A stretch of DNA of 64,000 bases from Sedimentisphaerales bacterium. GTDB taxonomy: Bacteria; Planctomycetota; Phycisphaerae; Sedimentisphaerales; SM23-30. Shown here one piece after another: positions 50,953 through 61,672 of this stretch (positions are counted from its first letter, which is position 1; every line of letters begins with the position of its first letter). Below the pieces are notes generated by a model. That model worked only from the letters and a program-made list of their open reading frames with translations. It was not told the DNA's origin and made no database searches. Made by a program: the position numbers and the translations under genes. The stretch covers positions 32,001 through 96,000 of the forward strand of contig CAXXMR010000008.1 of NCBI GenBank assembly GCA_963663805.2. The letters run 5' to 3'.

Positions 50953-52783
50953 ATGTCGTATCGCAGATTATTTGCCACCTGGGCCGTCCTGATTTTTATT
51001 GCCACCCTGCCCCTTAATGCCGTTCTGCTCACTGACGCTCAACTTTATTTCGATCCGGCAACTTGTACCGAGGATTATTATCCCTGCGTATATCTGGACG
51101 ATCTTGCCGTCGCCCAACACCTACCTTTGGCCTGCCAGCCTTAATTCTGTTATTGATGCCGACATTCTGCCTCTGTTAAATGAGGGCACCTATCCTCTCG
51201 GTTATCCCTATACTCAAGCTGACTATCTTCATCAGCCCAACGTCGATTACACTGCCGACCTTAGTCCCGCCGGTGACCTGCTTTGCACCTTTAACATGCC
51301 CGGTCTCTATCATATTCGGGTAACTCGCGGCAGTGGTGTGATAACCACATACGCCGTTTTTGCCGAAGCAGGACTCCTCGAAAAAGAGAAGTCTACCAAG
51401 ACCGGCAAGACCAAAAAAATCCCCTGTCCCGACGGAGACATTTTTCTGGCTGAAAATTCCGATGACACCGTAGATAACGCCGCCAAGATTCTCGAAAATG
51501 GTGGTAAAGAAGTTAAGCGTGTCGATGACCGCAAAGAAGTTGTCGAAGCCATCAAGAAAAAATCCCAGGCCCTGGGTCGCAAGATTCACGCGGAAATAGT
51601 CGGCCATGGCGTTAGCGGTAATGTTAGTACCGGCGCCGGTAAAAAAAATATTCCCGACAAACAAATCGACCTGAACTCTGTCGAAAAATTCCAGAAGGAG
51701 ATTGATGACTACGTTGACCATATCACCTTCCAGGCCTGCGAAGTTGGCAAGGGTGCCGACGGTCAGAAATTTTTGAAGATTCTTTCTGATTCCATCGGTA
51801 AAGCCGGTGCTTACGACCACCCCCTCATCGTTGTCAACCAAAGTCATTTCGCTGTTCCCGTTGGCACGACCTGGGTTGAAAAGAGCACGCTCGGCAAAGA
51901 AGCCGCCCACAACATGGACCCCACCCATGCCAACATTGCAATGGAAACCCCCATCACCTGGGAAGGCGGCTCTTCGGTCGATGAATATCAGGTTTATATG
52001 AGTACCGACGAAAATGCCGTTGAAACGCGTGCCCCATCCGCCTTGGTTTATACCGGAATGATGACTTACTATGAGCCCATATCTCCGGTTTTGGGCGAAA
52101 CCTACTTCTATACTGTCGATACTACCATTGGGGTTGATATTTTTCCTGGCGACCTGTGGTCTTATACTGTTCAGGAAGATATCACCCTGGATGATTTTGA
52201 AGGCTACGAGACTTCCGACCAACTTGAACCGATGTTCTTTACCAGTCCCAATAGTCAACTATCGGTATCTATGGACCCCGCCGTTGCCGAACAGCGCTGC
52301 CTTCGTGCCGATTGTTATAATGATATGGCTGAACCAGTAACCCATATCAGCTATCAGGTTTCTGGAGATTTGACCTATGGCGATACCGATACGTTGTCAA
52401 TGCGTCTCAGCAGCGAGAACCTCGACGAACAAGCCCTCGTTATTCTGCAAATCAGTGATACGCATGGTTCTTCGGCTGCTCTGCCGATAAATGCTTTTGA
52501 TATACTCAACCATCCTGTTGATGAAGGTTTGGTTTTGGAAGTGCCTTTCGTTGATATGCCTGCCGTTGATTTCGCTAATGTTCTGGAAATAGCTCTTATT
52601 GTCGAGAACAATATGTCACCCTGTCTTGCTACCGGTTGTGAGCAAACCTTGTTCATTGACGATATTAAAACTATCGTAGCTTCAGACCTGCCGCCTTGCG
52701 TCGCCGACCTCGACGGCAATCATACCGTAGACATTCTTGACTTTGCCATAATGGCTTCGGAATGGCTTAACCCCTGTCCCTAA
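50953..52783 (+). CDS. Secreted multidomain protein with DUF4347-like (caspase-fold) domain and C-terminal dockerin-like motif. 1-bp frameshift near 51104
   Basis: AAGGAG RBS plus signal peptide in ORF 50953..51144. Removing one T gives YLDDLPSPNTYLWPASLN, in frame with 50999..52783. Motifs EIVGHG...ITFQACEVGKG..G.KFL..L and ADLDGNHTVDILDFAIMASEWL. Confidence 0.7.
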
Positions 52784-52816
52784 ACCCTGATTATTGTGTG
52801 TTGGGTGGGAGTTGTT

Positions 52817-53398
52817 ATGCGGAGAGCAATCGCTTTTACGTTAGTTGAGCTATTGGTTGTTATTGCCATCATAGTTTTTTTGGTGAGTCTTCTACTACCG
52901 GCGATTTCACGAGCCAGAGAGCAGGCGAAATCAGCGGTGTGCAAAGCCAATTTACATCAGTTGGGAATCGCCTTTTCATTGTATAAGGCTGATTATCAGC
53001 GGGAGATGCCGGTAACTCCCGATGGAGTTTATTGGCCTGTATTTCTGTACACCAGAGGATATTTGGGTGATGGTTCTGCGGAGTCATTCGGGAAATTTCA
53101 AGGCACTTCGGTGCTGGATTGTCCTACAGAAAAGAATGAACCTGGAGGCCAATTTATCCTTGATTACAGATTGAACCATGGCTTTTCCAGTAAGCCGCCT
53201 CCGGAAAGAGTTTCTGGTTTGTCAACTCGTGTTTCCTGTGCCGATGGTCCCGGAGAGGGTATTCATCCTGCTGTTGTTGGTTGGTTTTCGATAGACTACA
53301 GGCATGACGATAAAGCAAATATACTTTTTATGGATCGCCATATTGAAGAACGGTATTATGTTAATGAATCAGAAATACAAATTTATTACAGTAAGTAA
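52817..53398 (+). CDS. Prepilin-type N-terminal cleavage/methylation protein (planctomycete DUF1559/H-X9-DG family)
   Basis: [54 protein letters not shown]. Confidence 0.88.
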   Translation: MRRAIAFTLVELLVVIAIIVFLVSLLLPAISRAREQAKSAVCKANLHQLGIAFSLYKADYQREMPVTPDGVYWPVFLYTRGYLGDGSAESFGKFQGTSVLDCPTEKNEPGGQFILDYRLNHGFSSKPPPERVSGLSTRVSCADGPGEGIHPAVVGWFSIDYRHDDKANILFMDRHIEERYYVNESEIQIYYSK

Positions 53399-53438
53399 AA
53401 AGTTCTCTTGAGATTTCACTCAGACAATTTGTCTCCCC

Positions 53439-54508
53439 TCACGCAATCCCACCCGCCGCCTACAACCGCTTCGTGTTTATCGTAAAACACTGCCGCCTGT
53501 CCCGGTGTTATCGCGCTGACCGGTTCATCAAACTCAACTTCCACCGTGCCGTCGCCGATAGGTCGAACTACTCCTGCCGCTCCCCGATGATTATACCTTA
53601 TTTGTATAATCGCCTTGAAGGATTCGTTTGGTACTTCATCCACCATCCAAACCAGCATTTTCCGCCCGCAGTTTTTGGCCGCTCAGTTCCTGGCGATTGC
53701 CCAGCACCACCCGGTTTGCCTCTGCGTCAATTTGTACCACATACGCAGGTTCACCCAGTGCTATTCCCAAACCCCGCCGCTGTCCGATAGTGTATTTGTA
53801 CGTTCCCTCATGTTTGCCCAGTACTTTGCCTGATGTATTGACTATCTCACCTTCCCGGCAGACATCCGGTGTTCGTTCCGCCACCAGCCGGGCATAATCA
53901 TCGTCCGGCACAAAACATATTTCTTGCGATTCGCCCTTGTCGTGCACCGGCAAGTCCATTTCCGTGGCCAATTCCCGTATCTGTCCTTTATGATACTCGC
54001 CCACCGGCAGCAAAATCCGCCCCAGCCGCTCGACTCCCATCCCAAACAGCGAATAAGACTGGTCCTTACCATTATCCACCCCCCGCACCAAGCGCCGCCG
54101 CCCGTCGATATCGGCTACCCGTGCATAATGCCCCGTGGCTACATATTCTGCTCCCCTTTTGTCGGCTAAATCCGCCAGCTTCCCGAATTTCAGCCTGCTG
54201 TTACACAAAATACAGGGATTTGGCGTTCTGCCCCGGCGATATTCATCCACAAAATGCTGAATTATCAGCTCGATGTCCTGTTGAAAATCCACGACCTCAA
54301 ACTCCATCCCCAGCCGCCGGGCGACTTCACGGGCGTCAGCGGCGTCTTCCGGGCTGCAACAGCCTGGCTGGTTCGGCTGAACCTGCCGCTTTTGCCCCAG
54401 ACACATAAACACCCCCACGCACTCATACCCCGCCCGGCCCAGCAGGCCGGCTGCTACCGAGCTATCGACCCCGCCGCTCATCGCTACTAAAACACGTTTT
54501 TTACTCAT
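53439..54508 (-). CDS. mnmA: tRNA-specific 2-thiouridylase, with two apparent 1-bp insertions (near 53660 and 53449)
   Basis: AMSGGVDSS, GRTPNPC..CN, ATGHYAR, KDQSY, ESQEICF, YTIGQRRGLG. C-terminal IRYNH, AITPGQAAVFY..GGGW(IA*) lies in another frame. Confidence 0.92.
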
Positions 54509-54639
54509 AAAACCAAAATAACCGCAAACCCCGCCAAAAAAAATAATAAATATCTGTGCAATATCAACCCCGCCCCCGCGTTATAATGTCGCAAAGTGTT
54601 GTATATTGAACCTGAACTTGTATTTAAGGAACGTTGAAA

Positions 54640-55385
54640 ATGAAAAAAATCCAACTATCGGTTATTGCCGCTTTAACACTTGCCCTCTGGTGGCCCTGAA
54701 CGCCCCTGCCCAGCAATTTTCTAATGATGACCGGGCTCCCCAGGATGGGCAAAGACGTTTTGGCGGACCCGAAGGGAGATTCGGCGGCGGCGGACGCGGA
54801 TTTTCACGGGCTGGTCAGGTTGGTGCTGTCGACCCTGCCCGCCAACTTGCCATGCTAATGAGAATGAAAGACCAGCTCAACCTTGAAGAAGACCAGCTCG
54901 ACGACCTGCAGGGCATTGCTGATGATGCCCAGAAGCTTTCCGAAGAGATTCAGAAGCTTCAGGAAGACCTAAACCAGGCTGTCCAGGATGAGGCAAATCA
55001 GAGAGAAATTCGTTCGATAGCCGGCGATCTCGGTGAAGCTATGGGGGACCAGGCTGTACTACAGGTTAATCTCAAAGGCGACCTCGAAGACATCCTTAAC
55101 CAGGATCAGATGGACAAGGTTGAAAAAATGAAACAGAGCTTTTCGGGTTCTGACCGCCCGGACCGCTCCATGGCCCGGACCGTCGCGGACCCCGAAGCTG
55201 CTTTCAAGCAAGCTGACACCGACGGCAACAATAGTGTCTCACTGGAAGAGTTCAAAAAATATCTTGAACAATCCAGTACCCGTCGCTTTGGAAGACCCGG
55301 CAGAAGCCAGGACAGCGACACCGGTAGTGAAAATAGCGAGAACAACAGCAATAATTTACGTCGTCGGCCTCGCGTAGAAAAATAA
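54640..55385 (+). CDS. Periplasmic Spy/CpxP-like (LTxxQ) protein with EF-hand. Frameshift in the signal peptide near 54685
   Basis: AAGGA RBS plus MKKIQLSVIAALTLA, continuing as LVALNAPAQQ in another frame. LNLEEDQ and ILNQDQ motifs, EF-hand DTDGNNSVSLEEF. Confidence 0.7.
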
Positions 55386-55417
55386 TTGAGTCAAACTGAA
55401 TTCACGAAACCCGATTC

Positions 55418-55472
55418 GCCGGGCAGGAAAGATGGTATCGCACAAGCCATCGGCCTGTCCGGCCATCTTTTT
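55418..55472 (+). terminator. Extended hairpin/terminator between convergent genes
   Basis: GCCGGGCAGG..GATGG..CCATC..CCTGTCCGGC followed by CATCTTTTT. Confidence 0.5.
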
Positions 55473-55561
55473 GTCCAATTATTCCCACCAATTCCCAACA
55501 AAGGTCGAGTTGAGTAAGCGGCTGGAACCGGTTACGACCTCACCATCCTCAACTTCTCCCC

Positions 55562-56308
55562 TTAACGGAAGTGTTCCCCAAGAATAATATCCAGTGCTGC
55601 CTGAGCCATACGTAGTCCGAAAATCCCCGTAATAGTGGGTAGCGAACCAAGTGTACGCCGTTTACGCCCCCGTTCGAGAACCAGCTCGTCATGATGGTCT
55701 TCGCTAGTCAAGGCTGGCGTGGGTCTCTCTGTCGAGAACACGCAAGTGAAGTCAATCGGAATTCCCCGCTGCCTAAGTTTTTTGCGAACGACTCGAGCCA
55801 GCGCACACCCGTGCGATTTTTCCAGAGCAGCGGTCTGGATTTTGTCAGGGTCACTTTTCAATGCCGCTCCCATGCTGCTAACAATAGACAAATCACGTTT
55901 ACGTGCCGCCGCCAGCAGTTCGATCTTCGGATTAAACGAATCAATCGCGTCGATAACAACCGTAATCTCGCCCGCCAGAATTTCCTCCAGCGTTTCTACA
56001 TGAGCGAAGCATTCCATAGTTTCCACATGGCAGTCCGGGTTAATATCGAGAATTCGCTTGCGGGCAGCCTCAACCTTCGCCTGGCCAATAGTGGATTCCA
56101 GTGCGTACAATTGCCGGTTGATATTAGTGGCCTGAACCTTATCGAAATCGACCAGACGAATATTACCCAGCCCGGCACGTGTCAGGGTTTCAGCGGCATA
56201 GCCGCCTACCGCACCGAGTCCGACAATTACCACACGCGAGTCGTGCAATAGCTCCATCGCTTTTTCCCCCAGCATTAATTCTGTTCTGGCAAACCTCGCG
56301 TTTGACAT
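55562..56308 (-). CDS. tcdA: tRNA threonylcarbamoyladenosine dehydratase (ThiF family)
   Basis: RFARTELMLG, VGLGAVGG, VDFD.V..TNINRQ, VIDAIDS, SSMGAA, VFSTE. Confidence 0.88.
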   Translation of the reverse strand: MSNARFARTELMLGEKAMELLHDSRVVIVGLGAVGGYAAETLTRAGLGNIRLVDFDKVQATNINRQLYALESTIGQAKVEAARKRILDINPDCHVETMECFAHVETLEEILAGEITVVIDAIDSFNPKIELLAAARKRDLSIVSSMGAALKSDPDKIQTAALEKSHGCALARVVRKKLRQRGIPIDFTCVFSTERPTPALTSEDHHDELVLERGRKRRTLGSLPTITGIFGLRMAQAALDIILGEHFR

Positions 56309-56314
56309 TGTTTT

Positions 56315-57133
56315 TTAATGTCCCTCGTTATTTTCGATTAAAAACGCCCTCTGATAGTTCTGTTGCAGCTGTTCCGTCAGAGCCGCTTCTGGAATTTCCA
56401 GAATAGCTGAAATTCCTTCCAGTATTCCCGCTAGATTCGCCGGTTCATTAATCTGTTTTCCCTCGGCGTCCTGACTGGAACTTTTAATATAGCGACGCGG
56501 CGGAATAATATTCGGTGAATCTGTCTCCAGCAGCAGCCGTTCCAGCGGCACCACCCGCAGCACTTCCCGCCGCCGGTCCTGTCGTTTCCGAAGTACATTT
56601 CCCGCGAAACTGAAATAACCGCCCATTGATGCCAGCTCTGCCATGATTTCCCTCGACCCGCCAAAACTGTGCCATATCATTGTCTGAGGCAAAAACTTTT
56701 CCGTCCGCAGAATATCCATCATCGCCCCCCAAGCCTGTACGCAATGAATTACCGCCGGCAGCCGAAGCTGATAAGCCAGCTCCAACTGACTGCGAAACAC
56801 CGTCTGCTGCAATTTCTCGTCACTATTTTCAATCCACCCATCCAGCCCGATTTCTCCCACCGCCGTCGCCCCGTTCAGCATATCACCCAGCAGCTCCTGC
56901 CAGCCCGTTCGACTCTGCGATATAAACCACGGATGCAAACCGTAACATGGTGAAACCGATTCATGTTCCTGGGCGATTTGCTTTACAATGGGCCAATCGA
57001 AAGGCCGAGTGCCGTTGCATACGAATCTGCTGACAGAATGTTCTTGAGCACGTCGGATAATATGCTCCACATGACCAGCCAGTACCGGCTCCTGAAGATG
57101 AACATGACAGTCTGTCAATTCCATTTTTCTCAT
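56315..57133 (-). CDS. tatD: TatD-family hydrolase
   Basis: DCHVHL, GLHPW, VGEIGLD, VIHC, HSFGGS, LLETDSP. Confidence 0.9.
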   Translation of the reverse strand: MRKMELTDCHVHLQEPVLAGHVEHIIRRAQEHSVSRFVCNGTRPFDWPIVKQIAQEHESVSPCYGLHPWFISQSRTGWQELLGDMLNGATAVGEIGLDGWIENSDEKLQQTVFRSQLELAYQLRLPAVIHCVQAWGAMMDILRTEKFLPQTMIWHSFGGSREIMAELASMGGYFSFAGNVLRKRQDRRREVLRVVPLERLLLETDSPNIIPPRRYIKSSSQDAEGKQINEPANLAGILEGISAILEIPEAALTEQLQQNYQRAFLIENNEGH

Positions 57134-57198
57134 GGAATTTTTATAACCAGCCCCCAACGCTTCGTCAAGGCTGATAACTTTTTTTGAATTTTTCTGGC

Positions 57199-57660
57199 CT
57201 AGGGTACATAAATAAGTCGAACCGCCATCGGATAAGCATCAGCATCCAGTACGGTCACGTTTTTCTGTCCGACAAAATCGTTCCATTGTTCGGCTGTTTC
57301 AAACGTTTCGGCTTCCGGTACGGTCACATCAAACACATCATCGTCGGTCGCGGCAATCTGCGGCAGAAAAATCCCGCATGTAGTATTAAGCAGTTCCTTT
57401 AGCGCGTCGATACCTTTGCCCGGCCCGTCGATTTCATTCTGGTCAACTCCCATGATATTTGCCGCGATCATTGCCGCGGTATCTGTCCCCGCCAGCAGTT
57501 CGAGCGTACCGCTGTGCGGCCCTGAGAATTTCATGCGAGCCAATATACTGCTTTCCGGCACGGGCAACTTATCTTCCATCGGCAGGGTAAAGATAAACGC
57601 CGTAGTTTCCATTGTCTCACATAACGATTCAACTAGTGCCGCTTCGATTGTTTTGAGCAT
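57199..57660 (-). CDS. cheX: Chemotaxis phosphatase CheX-like protein
   Basis: FSGP.SG.L.L, IAANIMG, DALKELLN (ExxN). Adjacent to cheD. Confidence 0.75.
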   Translation of the reverse strand: MLKTIEAALVESLCETMETTAFIFTLPMEDKLPVPESSILARMKFSGPHSGTLELLAGTDTAAMIAANIMGVDQNEIDGPGKGIDALKELLNTTCGIFLPQIAATDDDVFDVTVPEAETFETAEQWNDFVGQKNVTVLDADAYPMAVRLIYVP

Positions 57661-57672
57661 GACAAACTCCAG

Positions 57673-58149
57673 TTACAATTTTTTCGTTTCACCCTGACAG
57701 CGAATTTTTACCGTGCCGTCTGCGATATTAAGCATAAGATTACGAGCGAATTTTCCGCCCACATCTTCGGCATCAATAAACATACCGTTTTTCCAGAGAA
57801 ACTGCCTGATGGCAGCGTAATTTCTTTTGCCAATCTGGAACATCTTTGCGTCGTTCATCATCTGAGCGCCGCCGGCGATCTTTACTTTCAGTCTCTTACT
57901 GTTCGCCCCCAGCGACTTCATCTTATTCAAAAGCCACTCCATCCCCGTATCCGCGAACATCAGCGGGAAGTTCTGGGCTTTGGTCATATCCTGTTTCGCG
58001 GAGGGCAGTTGGTAATGCAGCATCCCGCCCACCCGAGCAGTCGGGTCATAAAGGGCCACCCCGATACAGGAGCCGAGCGAATAGGTGGTCAACTCGTCAC
58101 TGGGGTCAGCCGAGACTCTTGCGTCGGAAATATCGACTATCAGTTTCAC
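57673..58149 (-). CDS. cheD: Chemoreceptor glutamine deamidase
   Basis: TYSLGSCIGVALYD, GGMLHYQLP, FADTG, KIAGGAQM, IGKRN, EDVGG. Confidence 0.95.
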   Translation of the reverse strand: MKLIVDISDARVSADPSDELTTYSLGSCIGVALYDPTARVGGMLHYQLPSAKQDMTKAQNFPLMFADTGMEWLLNKMKSLGANSKRLKVKIAGGAQMMNDAKMFQIGKRNYAAIRQFLWKNGMFIDAEDVGGKFARNLMLNIADGTVKIRCQGETKKL

Positions 58150-58229
58150 GCTTCGGTCTTCCCTTATATACTTTGTTATTTGCCAACTAACTTTTGCAGG
58201 CGTTCACTTTCCTGCCTGCCTACCAGTTA

Positions 58230-58257
58230 GTATCGAATCTCGTATATTCAGGCTTTA
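58230..58257 (-). promoter_or_regulatory. sigma28-like promoter upstream of cheD-cheX
   Basis: Minus strand TAAA-N16-TTCGATAC. Confidence 0.55.
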
Positions 58258-58448
58258 GAAACTCATGTTCATTTACATGATTTTTTTGATAACTCACTTG
58301 TCAGCAATCAATTACAATATATGTCCTGTTACGCCGTTCGATGGACTGTCCGTTTTTGTATATCATATTTTATATTATCGGACCAAGCCTGCCCCAAAGC
58401 CAGACTCCCGCTGGCGAAAAAGCGGGAGCCAGAAGAAACCGTTTATGT

Positions 58449-58823
58449 TCAGCAAATGCGTTCGGCACCGTTATATATTTCTTCCACTTTCATTACCACA
58501 GCAGCGGCACGAGGCAACTTGTCAGGGCACCATTTCTGAACTTCATCATACATTGCCCCGGTCTCCTGTCTTTGAGCCCGGCCTTTGAGCTGATAGGCGC
58601 CCTTGTCTTCATCCAAAACTGAAAACGCGATTCTGCCATTATTCAAAATGTTCTCACGGGTTTTCTTCAGATAATTATCCGCGATGAGAATAGTTTCATC
58701 GTCGATCACTTTCAGATATTTGATATAGACAACATTGGGCACGCCCTGGGCATTGCTCGTCGCTACACAAAATAATTCCTGGTTTGCAATTCCATCTTTG
58801 ATTTCTTTCAATAATTTTGCCAT
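58449..58823 (-). CDS. Pyridoxamine 5'-phosphate oxidase-like FMN-binding protein
   Basis: VATSNAQGVPNV, IADNYLKKTRENI..N, YQLKG, VEEIY. Confidence 0.85.
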   Translation of the reverse strand: MAKLLKEIKDGIANQELFCVATSNAQGVPNVVYIKYLKVIDDETILIADNYLKKTRENILNNGRIAFSVLDEDKGAYQLKGRAQRQETGAMYDEVQKWCPDKLPRAAAVVMKVEEIYNGAERIC

Positions 58824-58852
58824 GTTTACTCCGGTTAAATAAAGTGATACTA

Positions 58853-59818
58853 TCATTTTGTAACAGCTTTGTAATAGAGATGATGTTTTTGGTCGTGAGC
58901 TTCTATTTTGCCTTCTGTTAAAAGCTCTTCTAAATATTTGACCGCTTCATTGCGGTGCAAGCCCAGGCCGGATGCGATGTCATCAACCGAACAGGGACGA
59001 CGTAACAGAAGCGTCAAGACATCTTCACGACGAGACACAAATTCTTCATGCCCATGTACATCCCGATAATCGGCAATCACTTCGGCCCGATTGGATAATT
59101 GGGCCGCAAGCCGTTCCAGTTTCTTTTTTTCGATAGGCTCGGCAAACTGCTCCGCCGGCGGACGAGTTACGGTATTAACCTGAACCTTATCAGGCCCAAT
59201 AGCATCGATACATGATTTCAAGCATTGGATTTCAGGGTTGCTGTCAGTTGCTCCGCCCAGCAAAAAAACCTCCAACCAGTATTGCCCCCGGTATTCTTTC
59301 CGAAAACGAACCAGCCCTTCAAGCATCTGCTCAAAAGATATATCCGCGTAAGGCCGATTGACATATTGAAACGAATCGTTATTCCCTGCGTCAAGAGAGG
59401 GAATAACCAGATCCGCCCCCCAAAGAGACTGCCTTACCTCAGATTGCCACAACAAAGAGCCGTTCGTCAGTACAGCCACCGGAATGGTAGTGATTCCTTT
59501 GATTTTGGCAATAAGTTCACCACACCTCGAATACAGTGTCGGCTCACCCGAACCCGAAAGCGTTATGTAGTCAGGCCGTAAATAAAGCTTTTCGTCAATC
59601 TGTGACAGAATCTTGTCAAGCGGCACCCATTCCTTACGCTCAATGGTTTTATGAGTAGTCCTGCCCAGCTGACAATAAATACAATCATAACTACAGGTTT
59701 TAAAGGGAACAATATCAACCCCCAGAGACCGACCCAACCGCCTCGAGGGTACGGGACCAAAGATATACTCCACTTCAGCCGCCCCCTCTGATAATTCCCT
59801 GGTCTGTCGATGGTTCAT
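58853..59818 (-). CDS. Radical SAM protein (TYW1-like / uncharacterised family)
   Basis: FGPVPSRRLGRSLGVD, CSYDCIYC, SGSGEPTL, LTNGSL. C-terminal wHTH-like LLRRPCS. Confidence 0.88.
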   Translation of the reverse strand: MNHRQTRELSEGAAEVEYIFGPVPSRRLGRSLGVDIVPFKTCSYDCIYCQLGRTTHKTIERKEWVPLDKILSQIDEKLYLRPDYITLSGSGEPTLYSRCGELIAKIKGITTIPVAVLTNGSLLWQSEVRQSLWGADLVIPSLDAGNNDSFQYVNRPYADISFEQMLEGLVRFRKEYRGQYWLEVFLLGGATDSNPEIQCLKSCIDAIGPDKVQVNTVTRPPAEQFAEPIEKKKLERLAAQLSNRAEVIADYRDVHGHEEFVSRREDVLTLLLRRPCSVDDIASGLGLHRNEAVKYLEELLTEGKIEAHDQKHHLYYKAVTK

Positions 59819-60013
59819 GATAACTTTCCAAAGTAACTTTCACGCTACATCTGGTAATCATGCGATAAAAAACAGGGATTTTCAAGGGTTTTTTTAGAAA
59901 TTAATCATTAACTAAAGTTTTGCAAAATGACAATTTGGCTAAATCAAAGCAATAAACTTATCTTGGTCTTATAGAAATCGCACGTTTCATAGTAATTTTC
60001 AAAAGAGTTTGAG

Positions 60014-61672
60014 TTATTTATGTACTCGCAGGGCAGCGCAGCCGCCGGGGCTTAGTTTTACGGTTATGCCTTCGGGGTAAGTGCCGATTTCTTTCTGACG
60101 CCAGATGTCCCGGACTTTCGTCTGGCCGGAAATGTTCGCTTCCTGCCAGGTCAGGTTGATGTCGTTTTCGCTGTCGTCCTGACGGTTGAACAGGGCGAGA
60201 ACTTTTGAGCCGTCGGCAAGTTTTTTGACCATGATGATCTCTTTGTCGTTATCGCGTACTACTTCGGCAACATGGACCAGTTCGTCCTGATTGGTGTTGA
60301 CGATTTCGGCATTACAGAGCAGACCCAGGGTGAAGTCGTCAATTTCGTTTATATCGCAGGAGAAGAAGAACGGGGCACAGACTATGGACCACATGGTGAC
60401 GTACTGGTAACGCTGGTTGGTGGTTAGCGGGATTTCGTGGGAGGGTTTCATTTTGTGCTTACCGTCCCGGATTTTGTGAATGTACATATAGTCGGGGTCG
60501 TTCCATTGGCCGGACTGGTTATATTCTCTGAGCTGGGTGGCGATACGAACACCTTCGCTGAAGAAATACTCCCGCAGTCGCAGATTAAGGTCACCGGAAA
60601 TTCGCCAGGTCTGGATATCCAGAGCCGGGGCCCATTGCCAGGGGTTTTCCTGTCCATACTGGCAGAGATTATAAAGTATGTCGCGGTCCTGTTCCTGGAG
60701 ATATTTGGCCATTAGGGCCCACAATTCCTGATAGGTGTGTTCTTTTAGCCATTCATCGAGCAGGAATTTGGCTCCGCACAGGTCGTATTTAAGCATGTCG
60801 TATCCCCATTGGGCCCAGGTTTTAGCGTCTAGCTCTTCATGGCCGAAAGATGCCTCGCGGCACTGGCAGGTTACCTGGCCGGGCCCGCTGTAGAGGCCGG
60901 CTTTCAGGCCGTAGGAGTGAATGTAGTCAGCCAGGGCTTTCATGTCGGGGAAGGCCTTGTTGCTGATTATTCGGCCGGATTCGTCGCGAGTCGGCCCGAC
61001 ATGACTATCGAAATCATAAGTGTCATCCAGTTTTTTCAGGGAGTTCTTGACATATTTCAGAGCCTTTTCGCTATCGAAATGCGAGGTGGCATATTTTGCC
61101 AGCAGTTCCAGGTCGGTAAGATAAACGTCCGGGTCCATCGATGTCCAGCCGTCATCGATGCAGATATACTGGAAGCCTACATCTGCCAGTCCTTTATTGA
61201 TGAAGGTATCGGCGACTTTTCGCATGATTTTATCGGAGACGTGGAGCATATGTCCGCCCCAGCTATTATAACCGGTGGGTGGGGTGAGGGCTATTTTGTC
61301 GCCGACAACTATTCTGAAATTACGTTCGGTGGTGCCGCTGTTATTGGCGGCTTTGAAGATGACGGGGTATTCGCCTTTTTGAGTGGGTGCGGTTCCGGTG
61401 ATGATACCGTTGTCGGTGTCGAGCGTCATTGACTCGGGCAGGCCGATAGCTTGGAATTTGAGGGGACGGTTGCCCTGGCAGGGAATACGATAGATGAATT
61501 TTTTGCCCGGTCTTACTCCGTAAAGTTCGGGGCCGTTGATTTGCGGTGCTGCCGCTGGTGGGGGGGTGAGGATTTCTTTTTCGCCGATTCGGGCATCATA
61601 GATATTCGAGGCATTGATTGGGAATTGCAGACAGGAAATGATTAACAGCGTAATTAAGATAATCTTTTTCAT
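60014..61672 (-). CDS. Secreted GH27 alpha-galactosidase-like glycosidase with N-terminal Ig-like domain
   Basis: Signal peptide, ALTPPTGYNSW, ICIDDGW, GYDMLKYDLC, WRISGD, WNDPD, NQDEL. Confidence 0.9.
   Translation of the reverse strand: MKKIILITLLIISCLQFPINASNIYDARIGEKEILTPPPAAAPQINGPELYGVRPGKKFIYRIPCQGNRPLKFQAIGLPESMTLDTDNGIITGTAPTQKGEYPVIFKAANNSGTTERNFRIVVGDKIALTPPTGYNSWGGHMLHVSDKIMRKVADTFINKGLADVGFQYICIDDGWTSMDPDVYLTDLELLAKYATSHFDSEKALKYVKNSLKKLDDTYDFDSHVGPTRDESGRIISNKAFPDMKALADYIHSYGLKAGLYSGPGQVTCQCREASFGHEELDAKTWAQWGYDMLKYDLCGAKFLLDEWLKEHTYQELWALMAKYLQEQDRDILYNLCQYGQENPWQWAPALDIQTWRISGDLNLRLREYFFSEGVRIATQLREYNQSGQWNDPDYMYIHKIRDGKHKMKPSHEIPLTTNQRYQYVTMWSIVCAPFFFSCDINEIDDFTLGLLCNAEIVNTNQDELVHVAEVVRDNDKEIIMVKKLADGSKVLALFNRQDDSENDINLTWQEANISGQTKVRDIWRQKEIGTYPEGITVKLSPGGCAALRVHK

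Noticed and set aside
53416..54508. mnmA as a true pseudogene or programmed frameshift
   Set aside because: All catalytic motifs are intact, and the two 1-bp insertions match the error pattern elsewhere in the window.
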